A stretch of DNA of 55,892 nucleotides from a virus (taxonomy: Duplodnaviria; Caudoviricetes), in the IMG/VR virus record IMGVR_UViG_3300033513_000008, positions 1 through 55,892 of that record, one strand, 5' to 3'. The notes under the pieces were generated by a model. The model saw nothing but the letters and a program-made list of their open reading frames with translations. It made no database searches and was not told where the DNA came from. The translations under genes were made by a program, and so were the position numbers. Below are positions 1 through 8,671 of the stretch, one piece after another (the first letter of the stretch is position 1; each line of letters starts with the position of its first letter).

Positions 1-212
1 GTAGGCGGCGTAGACGGCGGCGTCGGCGGCGTAGGCGGCGGCGTAGACGGCGTAGACGGCGGCGTCGGCGTTGGCGGCGGCGTAGACGGCGGCGACGTTG
101 GCGGCGTTGGCGACGGCGTAGGTGGCGTAGGCGGCGTAGGCGGCGTAGGCGGCGGCGACGTTGGCGGCGTCGGCGGCGCCGGCGGCGGCGTCGGCGTAGG
201 TGGCGTTGGCGA
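1..212 (-). repeat. low-complexity coding repeat (GCC with TAC/GAC/AAC/GTC codons); continues at 55777-55892
   Basis: ggcggcgtag/ggcgtcggc/gtagacggc units at both window ends. Confidence 0.9.
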
Positions 213-618
213 ACGAAGGGCCACGATCCTCCCCACTCAGCCACTTTCCCGCCCAGCTAACGAAGGCCGGCGCTTTATACACTTCAAGCGCGCATAGAAT
301 GCCGAAGGCAACCCGCTGCGTCGTCGAGATTTCAGGCAGGGGTAATTCTTCTAACAAGGTTTGTACCTTCGCGCCTTGCTTCAAGCCGTCGTCCTCGACA
401 ACGCCGGAGCATTGAATCTTGAACATACGCGGATTCTTGTAGCGGGCATGGATGGGGTTGAATAGCATCGCTTGTTCGGGCGAGGCGTATTGATGTAGCA
501 CTTGCCCCGAACAGAGTTGGGCGCCCTCTTCCTTGGCGCTGACGGAAACATTCAATTCCCACTTCAGCCCCCCGTAGGATGTCATTTCTTGTGTAAGAAG
601 TTTGTAAGCGATTGTCAT
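1..618 (-). CDS. 5' part of an early gene spanning the window junction: globular N-terminal domain followed by an Ala/Tyr/Asp-rich repeat
   Basis: ATG at 618-616 preceded by AAGGAGAA; reads MTIAYKLLTQEMTSYGGLKWELN...LCSGQVLHQYASPEQAMLFNPIH...WAGKWLSGEDR then AYAADAAVYAA repeats, open to position 1 (206 codons). Absent from the ORF track because it runs off the edge. Confidence 0.85.
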   Translation of the reverse strand, partial: MTIAYKLLTQEMTSYGGLKWELNVSVSAKEEGAQLCSGQVLHQYASPEQAMLFNPIHARYKNPRMFKIQCSGVVEDDGLKQGAKVQTLLEELPLPEISTTQRVAFGILCALEVYKAPAFVSWAGKWLSGEDRGPSFANATYADAAAGAADAANVAAAYAAYAAYATYAVANAANVAAVYAAANADAAVYAVYAAAYAADAAVYAAY

Positions 619-619
619 G

Positions 620-772
620 TCATTCTCCTTTGATACCCATCAATCTGAACCACTCTTTCACCTTGGACCTACTCAATGGTTGGGAGTTCACCCACGCCCA
701 CAAAATAAGTTCAAGGTGAAAGCGCCCCGGCAACCGGTTAGTCAAGTCGCTGACCAGTGCGAGGCGATCCAT
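620..772 (-). CDS. small hypothetical protein (50 aa, MDRLALVSDL...)
   Basis: Own translation; TGATG coupling to the upstream gene and ends just before the next ATG. Confidence 0.5.
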   Translation of the reverse strand: MDRLALVSDLTNRLPGRFHLELILWAWVNSQPLSRSKVKEWFRLMGIKGE

Positions 773-996
773 CACTTCTTGCCCTTGCGCAGCGCCCGCT
801 CCTGCATCACGCGCGCCTTCACAGCCAGCGAGTAGATATGCAGCAAGGGCAGCGTCTCTTCGCGCCTTGTGCCTTGTGGCCGCACGCCCAGCAACCCCGA
901 GGGATAGATCGTCACGACGAGGTTGCGGAACTTGCCGGCATCGCGAATGACCTCGTTCGACACGCGCGACACAGGCTTAGTTAGCTGGGTGGTCAT
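772..996 (-). CDS. hypothetical early phage protein
   Basis: ORF with AGGAG RBS, in operon orientation. Confidence 0.75.
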   Translation of the reverse strand: MTTQLTKPVSRVSNEVIRDAGKFRNLVVTIYPSGLLGVRPQGTRREETLPLLHIYSLAVKARVMQERALRKGKK

Positions 997-1046
997 GACG
1001 CTCTCCTGTCAGAGTAAGAGAAGGCCACCAAAAGTTCAGAGAATAT

Positions 1047-1343
1047 TTACAGGTCGCGCTTACGCGCAACAGTGATGATGCTGTAGCTACTGTGCAGCAC
1101 GTCGCGCAAATATTGCGAGCGGGCGTACTTCGGATATCCATTCTCGTAGCACTCCTTCAGTTGCGGATGCCCGTGCTCGCCCAGCCACTCATAAGCACGT
1201 TGCAGGATGTAGCTGTCGCAGCCGTATTCCAGCGGCAGGTACGCGATTTGCTCGCCCTTGTGGAAGATGCGAACGGTGCAATACATCCCGCCGTACATGC
1301 GACGCGGCACTTGCCGGCCTTCAATGTGGTAGTTGGTTTTCAT
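1047..1343 (-). CDS. hypothetical early phage protein (MKTNYHIEGR..., 98 aa)
   Basis: Internal ATG of the track ORF with GAGG RBS, directly after the preceding stop. Confidence 0.7.
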   Translation of the reverse strand: MKTNYHIEGRQVPRRMYGGMYCTVRIFHKGEQIAYLPLEYGCDSYILQRAYEWLGEHGHPQLKECYENGYPKYARSQYLRDVLHSSYSIITVARKRDL

Positions 1344-1351
1344 GGCTTGCC

Positions 1352-1546
1352 TCAGTCGTTCGGGGTGTAGGTCAGGATCGTCTGGAAGTCTTCGGCACCT
1401 ACTACTTCCTTGGCGGCGGCGGCGATGAGCGATTCCACTTCGGCCTTGCTCAGATTGCGCGTGGTGGCCGGGATGCCTTCCGGCGTGGTGTAGCACAGCG
1501 TATAGCGGGCGTACTTGGTGCCCAGGATGGGGAGGTCGTTTCTCAT
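1352..1546 (-). CDS. first gene of the leftward early operon, hypothetical
   Basis: AGGAG RBS; downstream of the promoter at 1724-1752. Confidence 0.7.
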   Translation of the reverse strand: MRNDLPILGTKYARYTLCYTTPEGIPATTRNLSKAEVESLIAAAAKEVVGAEDFQTILTYTPND

Positions 1547-1723
1547 TTCAGTCTCCTACTATCTAGGCCACTTGGCCCCACATACTCGCTGATCTCTGTA
1601 TCCACCGGACTCTGTGCCGGCGCTTTGGCGGACTCGTTGCCGCCTCAGATCATCCATCTAGTGAGTATGTAGCGTTCCGTGGTTGGTTGATCGGTGTTCT
1701 TCGTTCCCTGCCTTCACAACGTC

Positions 1724-1752
1724 AGAGTAGCATTCACTACACTTGGTTCCAA
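1724..1752 (-). promoter_or_regulatory. sigma70-like leftward early promoter with overlapping operator (1727-1740)
   Basis: TTGGAA-17 nt-TACTCT on the minus strand; GTAGCATTCACTAC palindrome overlaps the spacer and -10. Confidence 0.65.
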
Positions 1753-2171
1753 TAGAAGTTTTCTATTGTAAAGTTTTACAAATTTATGAGATGGAAAGAA
1801 GGCTATCTATTTATGTAATTTTTTACATTGTCTTTAGAATCAACTGTATTCGTTTGCAAGTTAAAGTAGATTCTGGAGAAACAGATCGATGGCACGATTC
1901 TTTCTCGACACACAACAAATGTCATAGTGAGTTGCCTAATTTTTAGGCAGGAATTTATGGCAGATGAATTTGCAAAGTTTTACAAACGCTTTGGAATCAA
2001 CTGTATTTCTTTACAATCGTAGGTGAAGTCTTAAGGCGGAACGCTTTCGTTCCGCCAAGGGGGATGTCAATGTAATATAATACCCACACTGGCGGGTGTG
2101 GCGGAACGCTTGGCGGAACGCGTAAGTGCTTGATTCTATTAGTTGGCGGAACGCTGGCGGAACGCTGGCGG
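1750..2171. repeat. AT-rich non-coding region with iteron-like repeats and an IHF-consensus site; candidate origin or packaging region
   Basis: GGCGGAACGC(T) at 2035, 2100, 2112, 2145, 2156; inverted copy at 2048-2056; TAAGTGCTTGATT at 2123-2135; AAAGTTTTACAAA at 1770 and 1974; GAATCAACTGTATT at 1837 and 1994. Confidence 0.7.
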
Positions 2172-2407
2172 GTTTGCGGTCCCTACTTAGAGGCGGTGGC
2201 GGGCGGGACTCTACTCTCTAGGAGAGTCCGCCGGACCCGCCAAGAGGGTGCGGGTATGATCTCTATAAACTCTCAAACCCCTTCCTGCAAAGAATTACAA
2301 AACGCTCATTGCAAAACAACGGGGCCGAAAGAGGAGGACGCGCCCCTCCGCCCGCCCTACCTTGGTGGGTTGCCTGCGTAAAGCGACAGTGGCCCAATAC
2401 AGTCACT

Positions 2408-3010
2408 ATGAGCAACGATCTGGACCTGACTCTGCCGACCATGCTGCCCGACCACCTGCGGCCCATGGAAGACCGCCTACGGTTGTTCTTCGCCGACTTG
2501 GCGCGGTATGGCAATGCGACCCGTGCTGCGAAAGTGGCCGCGCTCAACTACGCATGGCTGATCTCCCAACGCAAGCGGGTGCCTGCCATGCGCTCGCGCT
2601 GGGAGCTTGCCCTTGCCCAATACGCCGATGCGCTCGAAGCGGCAGCCTATACCCGTGCGGTTGATGGCACGGTCAAGCCGGTCTATCAGGGGGGCGTCAG
2701 GGTTGGCGAGCTTCAGGAGTACAGCGACAGCCTGCTAGGCAAGATGCTGGAAGCCAATAGCAAGAAATATGCTCGCGCCCAGCGCGTTGAACTGGCTAAC
2801 GCTGAAGGGGCGACGTTCAAGGTAGAGCAATCGCCGACCGTTATCGCTCGCAAGCTGGCCTTTGCTTTGGCGCTTGGCTTGCAAAAGGCAGGCGATAGCC
2901 CGCAGCCTACAGACGGCGCGCAGGCTGTAGCCGGCGAAGATGCGGCGATTGATATGTCGCCCTACCCCGAGGATGAATCTGCCCCGGACGATGGCAGTGA
3001 TTTGGCTTGA
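2408..3010 (+). CDS. terS: terminase small subunit
   Basis: HTH-like GNATRAAKVA, then LEAAAYTRAVDG..PVYQGG..VG...EYSDSLL typical of phage TerS; first gene of the morphogenesis operon. Start chosen at an internal ATG. Confidence 0.8.
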   Translation: MSNDLDLTLPTMLPDHLRPMEDRLRLFFADLARYGNATRAAKVAALNYAWLISQRKRVPAMRSRWELALAQYADALEAAAYTRAVDGTVKPVYQGGVRVGELQEYSDSLLGKMLEANSKKYARAQRVELANAEGATFKVEQSPTVIARKLAFALALGLQKAGDSPQPTDGAQAVAGEDAAIDMSPYPEDESAPDDGSDLA

Positions 3011-3074
3011 TCGTCCAATCCACATAACGCTCGCATGAGCATATAACTTTGTCATAACGGAAAGGAAACACATC

Positions 3075-3890
3075 ATGTCTCGCATTCTGCAATCGCTGTA
3101 CAGCCGCTACGTGGGCACCACGCACGACGGCAAGCTGCTGGCAAAGGGGGGCTTCGTGTCGGGCGACAACGGCAAGCAAATCGCCCATCCCAGCCCCAAG
3201 ACTGCCTCGCTGTTCGACGACTTCACGGGTGTCGCGCTCAACACGTTCAAATGGAACGTTGTTGAGACGGACACCGACGCAACCGAGACCGTGCTGGCTG
3301 GCGGCATCGGTGGCGTGCTGCGTGTCGTTACCGGCAATGACGATGGCAACGCTGTCGTGCTGCCCGATGCGGCCGGCGTCACTGGCGCGCTGCAATGGCA
3401 AGCCAGCAACGGCGGGCTGTGCTTTGAAACGCGGGTGAAGCTGTCCCGCATCACGCTGGCCTACATGTTCCTTGGCTTCACCGACCTCATCACCATCGAG
3501 GCGCCGGTCATTGCCAGCCAGACGGCGGACGGTATCACCACGAACGCGACGGACGCGGTTGGCTTCATGTTCGACACGGGCAGCGCGAGCGATACGCTGT
3601 TCCTCGTCGGGGTGAAGAACAACACGGACGCGACCACGCAAGTCCTGACCGAAGCGCCCGTCGCCGATGAGTATGCGACCTATCGCATCGAAGTGAGCAC
3701 GGCTGGTGTTGCGACGTTCTACCTGAACGGCGTGCAAGTGGGTACGTCGATGTCGTCCGCGCTGACTGCGGCTACCGACCTCACGCCTGTCGTGCTGTTC
3801 AGCAACACGGACGGCACCAGTGCGATCAATGCGGACGTGGATTACATCCATGTCAGCATGAACCGTGGCGCGGACGGCGACGCCTTCTAA
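3075..3890 (+). CDS. putative virion protein with a concanavalin/LamG-like beta-sandwich
   Basis: Strong RBS (AAAGGA); Thr/Ala/Gly-rich; FDDF, FETRVKL and YRIEV...ATFYLNG beta-strand motifs; own terminator. Confidence 0.6.
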   Translation: MSRILQSLYSRYVGTTHDGKLLAKGGFVSGDNGKQIAHPSPKTASLFDDFTGVALNTFKWNVVETDTDATETVLAGGIGGVLRVVTGNDDGNAVVLPDAAGVTGALQWQASNGGLCFETRVKLSRITLAYMFLGFTDLITIEAPVIASQTADGITTNATDAVGFMFDTGSASDTLFLVGVKNNTDATTQVLTEAPVADEYATYRIEVSTAGVATFYLNGVQVGTSMSSALTAATDLTPVVLFSNTDGTSAINADVDYIHVSMNRGADGDAF

Positions 3891-3908
3891 CCTGTAGCGC
3901 TCAACCAA

Positions 3909-3936
3909 GGCGCCCCCGATAAGGGGGCGTCTGTTC
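3909..3936 (+). terminator. hairpin / weak intrinsic terminator
   Basis: GGCGCCCCC-gataa-GGGGGCGTC followed by TGTT. Confidence 0.55.
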
Positions 3937-3939
3937 ATC

Positions 3940-4290
3940 ATGCAAATACTTCGTGGTTTCTCAACTGACCCTACGCAGCCAATCACGGGCCCCTTCCCCT
4001 CTCGCAATGGCGTGTTCTTCGAACTGCGGGGCGGGGATGTGGCCGAACCTATCGGCTTCGGTACGAACTGGTTCAAGCCCCCCTACCCATCTCATGTCTT
4101 GCGCTTCTTCTGCCCGTGGCGCGTGCTGCCCTTCCTGTCGTGGAAGTTGGGAAGTTTTGGCGGTTACATCGGCTTCAAGGCATATGGCGTCGATGCGCCT
4201 GAGTATCCCCTGTGGCTATGCAAACCGGAAGAGTGCTACTCCGGCAGCGTGGCGATGTGCATCACTGCCCGGCTGGCAACGACGCTATGA
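3940..4290 (+). CDS. hypothetical protein
   Basis: ORF in operon, ATGA-coupled to the next gene. Confidence 0.6.
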   Translation: MQILRGFSTDPTQPITGPFPSRNGVFFELRGGDVAEPIGFGTNWFKPPYPSHVLRFFCPWRVLPFLSWKLGSFGGYIGFKAYGVDAPEYPLWLCKPEECYSGSVAMCITARLATTL

Positions 4291-4559
4291 AATCCAAGTA
4301 CATAGGCGCTGCGCTGGCTGTCGTGCTGTGGCTCGCAAGCATCGGCGTGCAGGTTGCCTACGGCGCCCCCGAGGAACCGACTGTAAAGGACGAGGCGACG
4401 ACTGTGAAGATCAGGCAATGTGGATCGTTCAACACCGACCAACTACGCCAAGACCTCAAGGATCAGGCAACAAGGCAGGACAACGAATGGCGCGATATGC
4501 TGCTGAACATGCTGGCTTGGCAGCTTGACTGCGAGCGGGGAAAGAACAATGGGCAGTGA
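4287..4559 (+). CDS. small protein with N-terminal signal or TM segment
   Basis: MKSKYIGAALAVVLWLASIGVQVAYG; ATGA overlap. Confidence 0.6.
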   Translation: MKSKYIGAALAVVLWLASIGVQVAYGAPEEPTVKDEATTVKIRQCGSFNTDQLRQDLKDQATRQDNEWRDMLLNMLAWQLDCERGKNNGQ

Positions 4560-6141
4560 GCCGCGCATACCCGAGATGCTGCGTGCGCTGGGGGGCATGA
4601 GCGCTGACGAGTTGGCCGCAGCAGAGGCGGACGCCGACAAGATCATCGGCAAACGTCTATGGACACCCAATCCCGGCCCGCAAACGGACGCCTACTTCTG
4701 CATGGCGGATGAGATTTTCTACGGGGGCCAAGCGGGGGGCGGCAAGTCGGACCTAGAGATTGGCCTGTCATTGACCGAGCACACACGCGCTTTGCTGCTG
4801 CGACGCACCAACAAGGAAGCGGCGGGCCTCGTTGAGCGCATGGCCGAGATCATCGGCAACCGCGATGGCTGGTCAGGACAGAATGGCATGTGGCGCTTGG
4901 ACGGGCGCACCATCGAGATCAGCGGTTGCCAACTGGAAGACGACAAGCAAAAGTTCAAGGGCTTTCCGCATGACCTGATCTGCTTCGATGAGGTCAGCGA
5001 CTTCACTGAGAGCCAGTATCGATTCATCATCGGTTGGAACAGATCAACCAGGCCGGGGCAGCGCTGCCGTATCGTGGCGGCAGGCAACCCGCCGACGCGA
5101 CCCGAAGGGCTGTGGGTCTTGAAGCGCTGGGCGGCATGGCTCGACCCCAATCATCCGCATCCTGCCAAGGTTGGCGAGTTGCGCTACTACACCACGAACG
5201 ACGACGGCGAAGAGATTGAAGTTGATGGACTCGGCCCCCACTTTATTGGTGGGGAGTACGTCATTGCACTCAGCCGCACGTTCATCCCTGCGGAGTTGAG
5301 CGACAACCCCGACCTAGCGGCCACGAACTACGCAGCCACGCTTGCAGCCCTGCCCGAAGAACTGCGGGAGGCGTATCGTAATGGGCGGTTCGATTTGGGT
5401 CTGAAGGATCGCGCCTACCAGACGATCCCGACGGTTTGGGTACGTGCCGCCCAAGAGCGATGGACGAAGAATCCGCCCGCAGGCGTCCCGATGTGTGCCA
5501 TGGGCGTCGATGCGTCGGGTGGTGGCAACGACCCGATGATCATCGCGCCCCGTCATGGGGGCTGGTACGCCCCCACCATTCGGGTACCCGCCAAGGAAAT
5601 ACCGCAGGAAAGCGCTGGCCGCTACTGTGCGGGCATTGTCATTATGCACAGGCGCGACGGCGCGGAAGTGGTCGTCGATTTGGGCGGTGGGTATGGCTCG
5701 TCGATGTACGAGCAACTGTCCGACAACGGCGTACAACCACGTGGCTACAAGGGTGCAGCGGCGGGCGTGGGCAAGGACATGAGCGGGCGCCTGCGGTTCA
5801 AGAATGCGCGCTCGCAAGCGATCTGGAAGTTCAGGGAGGCGCTTGACCCCGGCCAACCGGGGGGATCGACGATCATGCTGCCGCCGTCCGCGACGCTGCT
5901 GGCTGATCTGTGCGCCTCTACCTACAAGCCCGACAGCAAGATGATCGAGGTTGAAAGCAAGGAAGAAGTATGCAAACGCCTTGGCCGTAGCACGGACGAA
6001 GGGGATGCTGTTGTCATGGCATACACGCGGGGAATTAAGCAGGAGAATTTGCAAGGTGGGTTCAAATCCATTAACGTGCTGCGGAAACCGGCTGTCCTAG
6101 TCGGACGATCTGCGCAACAGGCTCAACTGAGGAGGAAATAA
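4549..6141 (+). CDS. terL: terminase large subunit
   Basis: PNPGPQ, Walker A GGQAGGGKS, Walker B ICFDEVSDF, AGNPP; RNase H-like nuclease MGVDASGGGND...DEGDAVVMA. Confidence 0.95.
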   Translation: MGSEPRIPEMLRALGGMSADELAAAEADADKIIGKRLWTPNPGPQTDAYFCMADEIFYGGQAGGGKSDLEIGLSLTEHTRALLLRRTNKEAAGLVERMAEIIGNRDGWSGQNGMWRLDGRTIEISGCQLEDDKQKFKGFPHDLICFDEVSDFTESQYRFIIGWNRSTRPGQRCRIVAAGNPPTRPEGLWVLKRWAAWLDPNHPHPAKVGELRYYTTNDDGEEIEVDGLGPHFIGGEYVIALSRTFIPAELSDNPDLAATNYAATLAALPEELREAYRNGRFDLGLKDRAYQTIPTVWVRAAQERWTKNPPAGVPMCAMGVDASGGGNDPMIIAPRHGGWYAPTIRVPAKEIPQESAGRYCAGIVIMHRRDGAEVVVDLGGGYGSSMYEQLSDNGVQPRGYKGAAAGVGKDMSGRLRFKNARSQAIWKFREALDPGQPGGSTIMLPPSATLLADLCASTYKPDSKMIEVESKEEVCKRLGRSTDEGDAVVMAYTRGIKQENLQGGFKSINVLRKPAVLVGRSAQQAQLRRK

Positions 6142-6143
6142 TC

Positions 6144-6404
6144 ATGGGTAGCATTGCAAAGGCGGTTAGCAGCTTCTTTGGCGGCGGATCGCAGCCGGCT
6201 CCGCAGATCATCGTGGCGCCCGCGCCCGCGCCCGTTCCGGCAACGCCCGTACCCGCCGCGCCTGCCGCGACCGCTGCGCCCGTGCCGATGGCCGACACGG
6301 CGGCGACCACGGCCAAGAAGAAGGCGATCATGGCGAAGGCGTCGCAGCGCGGCGGAAGGCAATCGACGATCCTGACATCGGGCGACGCGGACACGCTGGG
6401 CTAA
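6144..6404 (+). CDS. small Pro/Ala-rich virion assembly protein preceding the portal
   Basis: AGGAGG RBS; C-terminal GRQSTILT..LG motif common in pre-portal genes of T7/BPP-1-like podophages. Confidence 0.75.
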   Translation: MGSIAKAVSSFFGGGSQPAPQIIVAPAPAPVPATPVPAAPAATAAPVPMADTAATTAKKKAIMAKASQRGGRQSTILTSGDADTLG

Positions 6405-6409
6405 AGATC

Positions 6410-8062
6410 ATGGAATATGTTGAACGCATCATCAAGCAAGGCGACGAACTATTCAGCAAGCGCTGTTCGCTGCTGTCGTATTGGCAAGAGGTCGCGGACA
6501 ACTTCTACCCCGAACGTGCGGACTTCACGACCTGCCACAATCTCGGCGCCGACATGGCGCGCAACCTGACGACCAGCTACCCGATCATGGTGCGGCGCGA
6601 CTTGGGTAACGCGATCACGTCCATGACGCGCCCGACCGCGAAGGAATGGCTGAAGATGCGGTCGCGTCGGCCTGAGAAGGAAAGCACCAAGGCGAAACAG
6701 TGGTTCGAGTGGATGAGCAAATTCATCCGCAACGCCATGTATGACTCGCGTTCCGGCTTCGTGCGCGCGACCAAGGAAGGCGACCACGACTTCGCCTCGT
6801 TCGGTCAGACGGTTATCAGCTATGAAATGAACCGCGAGTTCAACGGCGTGCTATACCGCTGCTGGCACTTGCGTGACTGCGCATGGATGGAAGACTACAC
6901 AGGCAAGATCGATACGGTCTACCGCAAGTGGAAGCCGACTGTTGCCGTGCTCATGCAACTCTGGCCGCGCGATGTGCATCAAGACATCAAGGACAAGTAT
7001 TCCAACGACAAGTTCTACGAAGAGGTCGAGGTCTATCACTGTGTCATGCCGATGGATCAGTACGTGTCGATGGGCGGCAAGAAGATGCGCCAGCCCTTCG
7101 TCTCGTGCTTCATCGACATCGAACACAAGCACATGCTGGAAGCGACGGGTATGTGGTCGCTGGGCTATGCGATCCCGCGATGGAGCACCGTCAGTGGCTC
7201 GCAGTACGCGCACAGTCCCGCCGTCGTCGCTGCGCTGCCGGATGCGCGCCTGCTGCAAGAAGTCACGACGATCCTGTTGGAAGCCGGCGAGAAGGCGGTA
7301 ACGCCCCCGATGGTTGCGGTGCAAGAAGCGATCCGGGGCGATGTCAGCCTGTTCGCCGGGGGCATCACCTACGTCGATGCCGAGTATGACGAACGGCTGG
7401 GGGAGGTTTTGCGCGCGGTACAGATGGTGGATAAGTCGGGAGTACAACTCGGCCTCGAAACCATGCAGGACATCCGCGTGCAGTTGTCGGACGCCTTCTA
7501 CCTGTCGAAGCTCAACCTGCCGCCGATCCAAGGGCGGGACATGACGGCGTATGAAGTGGGGCAGCGCATTCAGGAGTTCATCCGCAACGCACTGCCGCTG
7601 TTTGAGCCGATGGAGACGGACTACAACGGCCAACTGGCCGAGGGCACATTCGACCTCATCATCCACAATTCGCCCGAAGCGCGGCGATCTATCCCTGCCG
7701 AGTTGGCAGGACAGGAATTCGATTTCACGTTCGAGTCGCCGCTGCATGACGCCGTGGAGAAGATCAAGGTGTCGCAGTTCATGGAAGCGCAGCAGATCAT
7801 CGCTACCGCTGTCCAACTCGATCCGTCCATCGTGTTTATGGTTGATGGTCAAAAGGCAACCCGTGATGCACTCTCGGCAGCTATTCCGAACGACTGGCTG
7901 CGCGACGAAGGCACCGTGGCGGAAATGCTACGCCAACAGCAAGAGAAGCAAGCGCTGTCCGAAAAGCTGGCACTCATGCAGCAAGGCGCGGATGTCGCCA
8001 AGACGGTCAAGGAAGCGTCGCCCACGGTCGGTGAGGGTGGTGGGGGAGGGGGTGTCGTATGA
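6410..8062 (+). CDS. portal (head-to-tail connector), T7 gp8/BPP-1 type
   Basis: 550 aa; WQEVADNFYP, PRW..SG..YA.SP, MTAYEV.QR..E motifs; position after terL. Confidence 0.9.
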   Translation: MEYVERIIKQGDELFSKRCSLLSYWQEVADNFYPERADFTTCHNLGADMARNLTTSYPIMVRRDLGNAITSMTRPTAKEWLKMRSRRPEKESTKAKQWFEWMSKFIRNAMYDSRSGFVRATKEGDHDFASFGQTVISYEMNREFNGVLYRCWHLRDCAWMEDYTGKIDTVYRKWKPTVAVLMQLWPRDVHQDIKDKYSNDKFYEEVEVYHCVMPMDQYVSMGGKKMRQPFVSCFIDIEHKHMLEATGMWSLGYAIPRWSTVSGSQYAHSPAVVAALPDARLLQEVTTILLEAGEKAVTPPMVAVQEAIRGDVSLFAGGITYVDAEYDERLGEVLRAVQMVDKSGVQLGLETMQDIRVQLSDAFYLSKLNLPPIQGRDMTAYEVGQRIQEFIRNALPLFEPMETDYNGQLAEGTFDLIIHNSPEARRSIPAELAGQEFDFTFESPLHDAVEKIKVSQFMEAQQIIATAVQLDPSIVFMVDGQKATRDALSAAIPNDWLRDEGTVAEMLRQQQEKQALSEKLALMQQGADVAKTVKEASPTVGEGGGGGGVV

Positions 8063-8400
8063 AGATCAAGGAGCTATCGATCCTCCCCTACCCCGGCAGG
8101 GCGTTTCTGGCGCGGAACCGCAAGGACTTCGTAAAGGCGCATGCCCTGCTGTTCAAGAGGGCGGCGAACATATACGAGACTACGGACGGCATTTGTGCTT
8201 GGCAGGCTGACGACGAGGGGTATTCCTACCTCCTATGGGGCGACGACCGAGACACGCTCTCGCACGAGTTGAGCCACCTGATTCTCGACGTATTCCAGCG
8301 CATTGGCATCGACCCGCGCGAGGCCAACGGCGAACCCTTCTGCTACATGCTGTCCCACCTACTCAACCAAGTCGAAAAGAACTATGGCAAACGCAGCTAA
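8059..8400 (+). CDS. small HExxH (zincin-like) protein
   Basis: TLSHELSHLILDVF...NGEPFCY. Confidence 0.6.
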   Translation: MKIKELSILPYPGRAFLARNRKDFVKAHALLFKRAANIYETTDGICAWQADDEGYSYLLWGDDRDTLSHELSHLILDVFQRIGIDPREANGEPFCYMLSHLLNQVEKNYGKRS

Positions 8401-8671
8401 GAAGGTGCCCTTCTACCTCGCATGCGACTACACACTGCCGGTCTTGTCGGCGGTGCAGGCACTTGAGAAGGGGGAAGCGACGCCCGATCAACAGAAGAGA
8501 TTTTTGACATGGCTGGTCAATGAAGCATGCATGACCTACGCCATGACGTACCAACCCGAGGGCGACCGCCAATCGGCGTTCGCAGAAGGTCGTCGGCATG
8601 TTGGCCGGCAAGTAGTCAAGCTCCTGAAACTCAACCCAAGCATCTTTAGAAAGGCAACGCAAAATGGCTGA
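8384..8671 (+). CDS. Bbp19-like protein between portal and scaffold
   Basis: SAFAEGRRHVG motif and synteny. Confidence 0.7.
   Translation: MANAAKKVPFYLACDYTLPVLSAVQALEKGEATPDQQKRFLTWLVNEACMTYAMTYQPEGDRQSAFAEGRRHVGRQVVKLLKLNPSIFRKATQNG

Noticed and set aside
1743-2381. ORFs 1743-1946 and 2130-2381
   Set aside because: TTG starts without an RBS, overlapping promoter and iteron repeats; likely non-coding.
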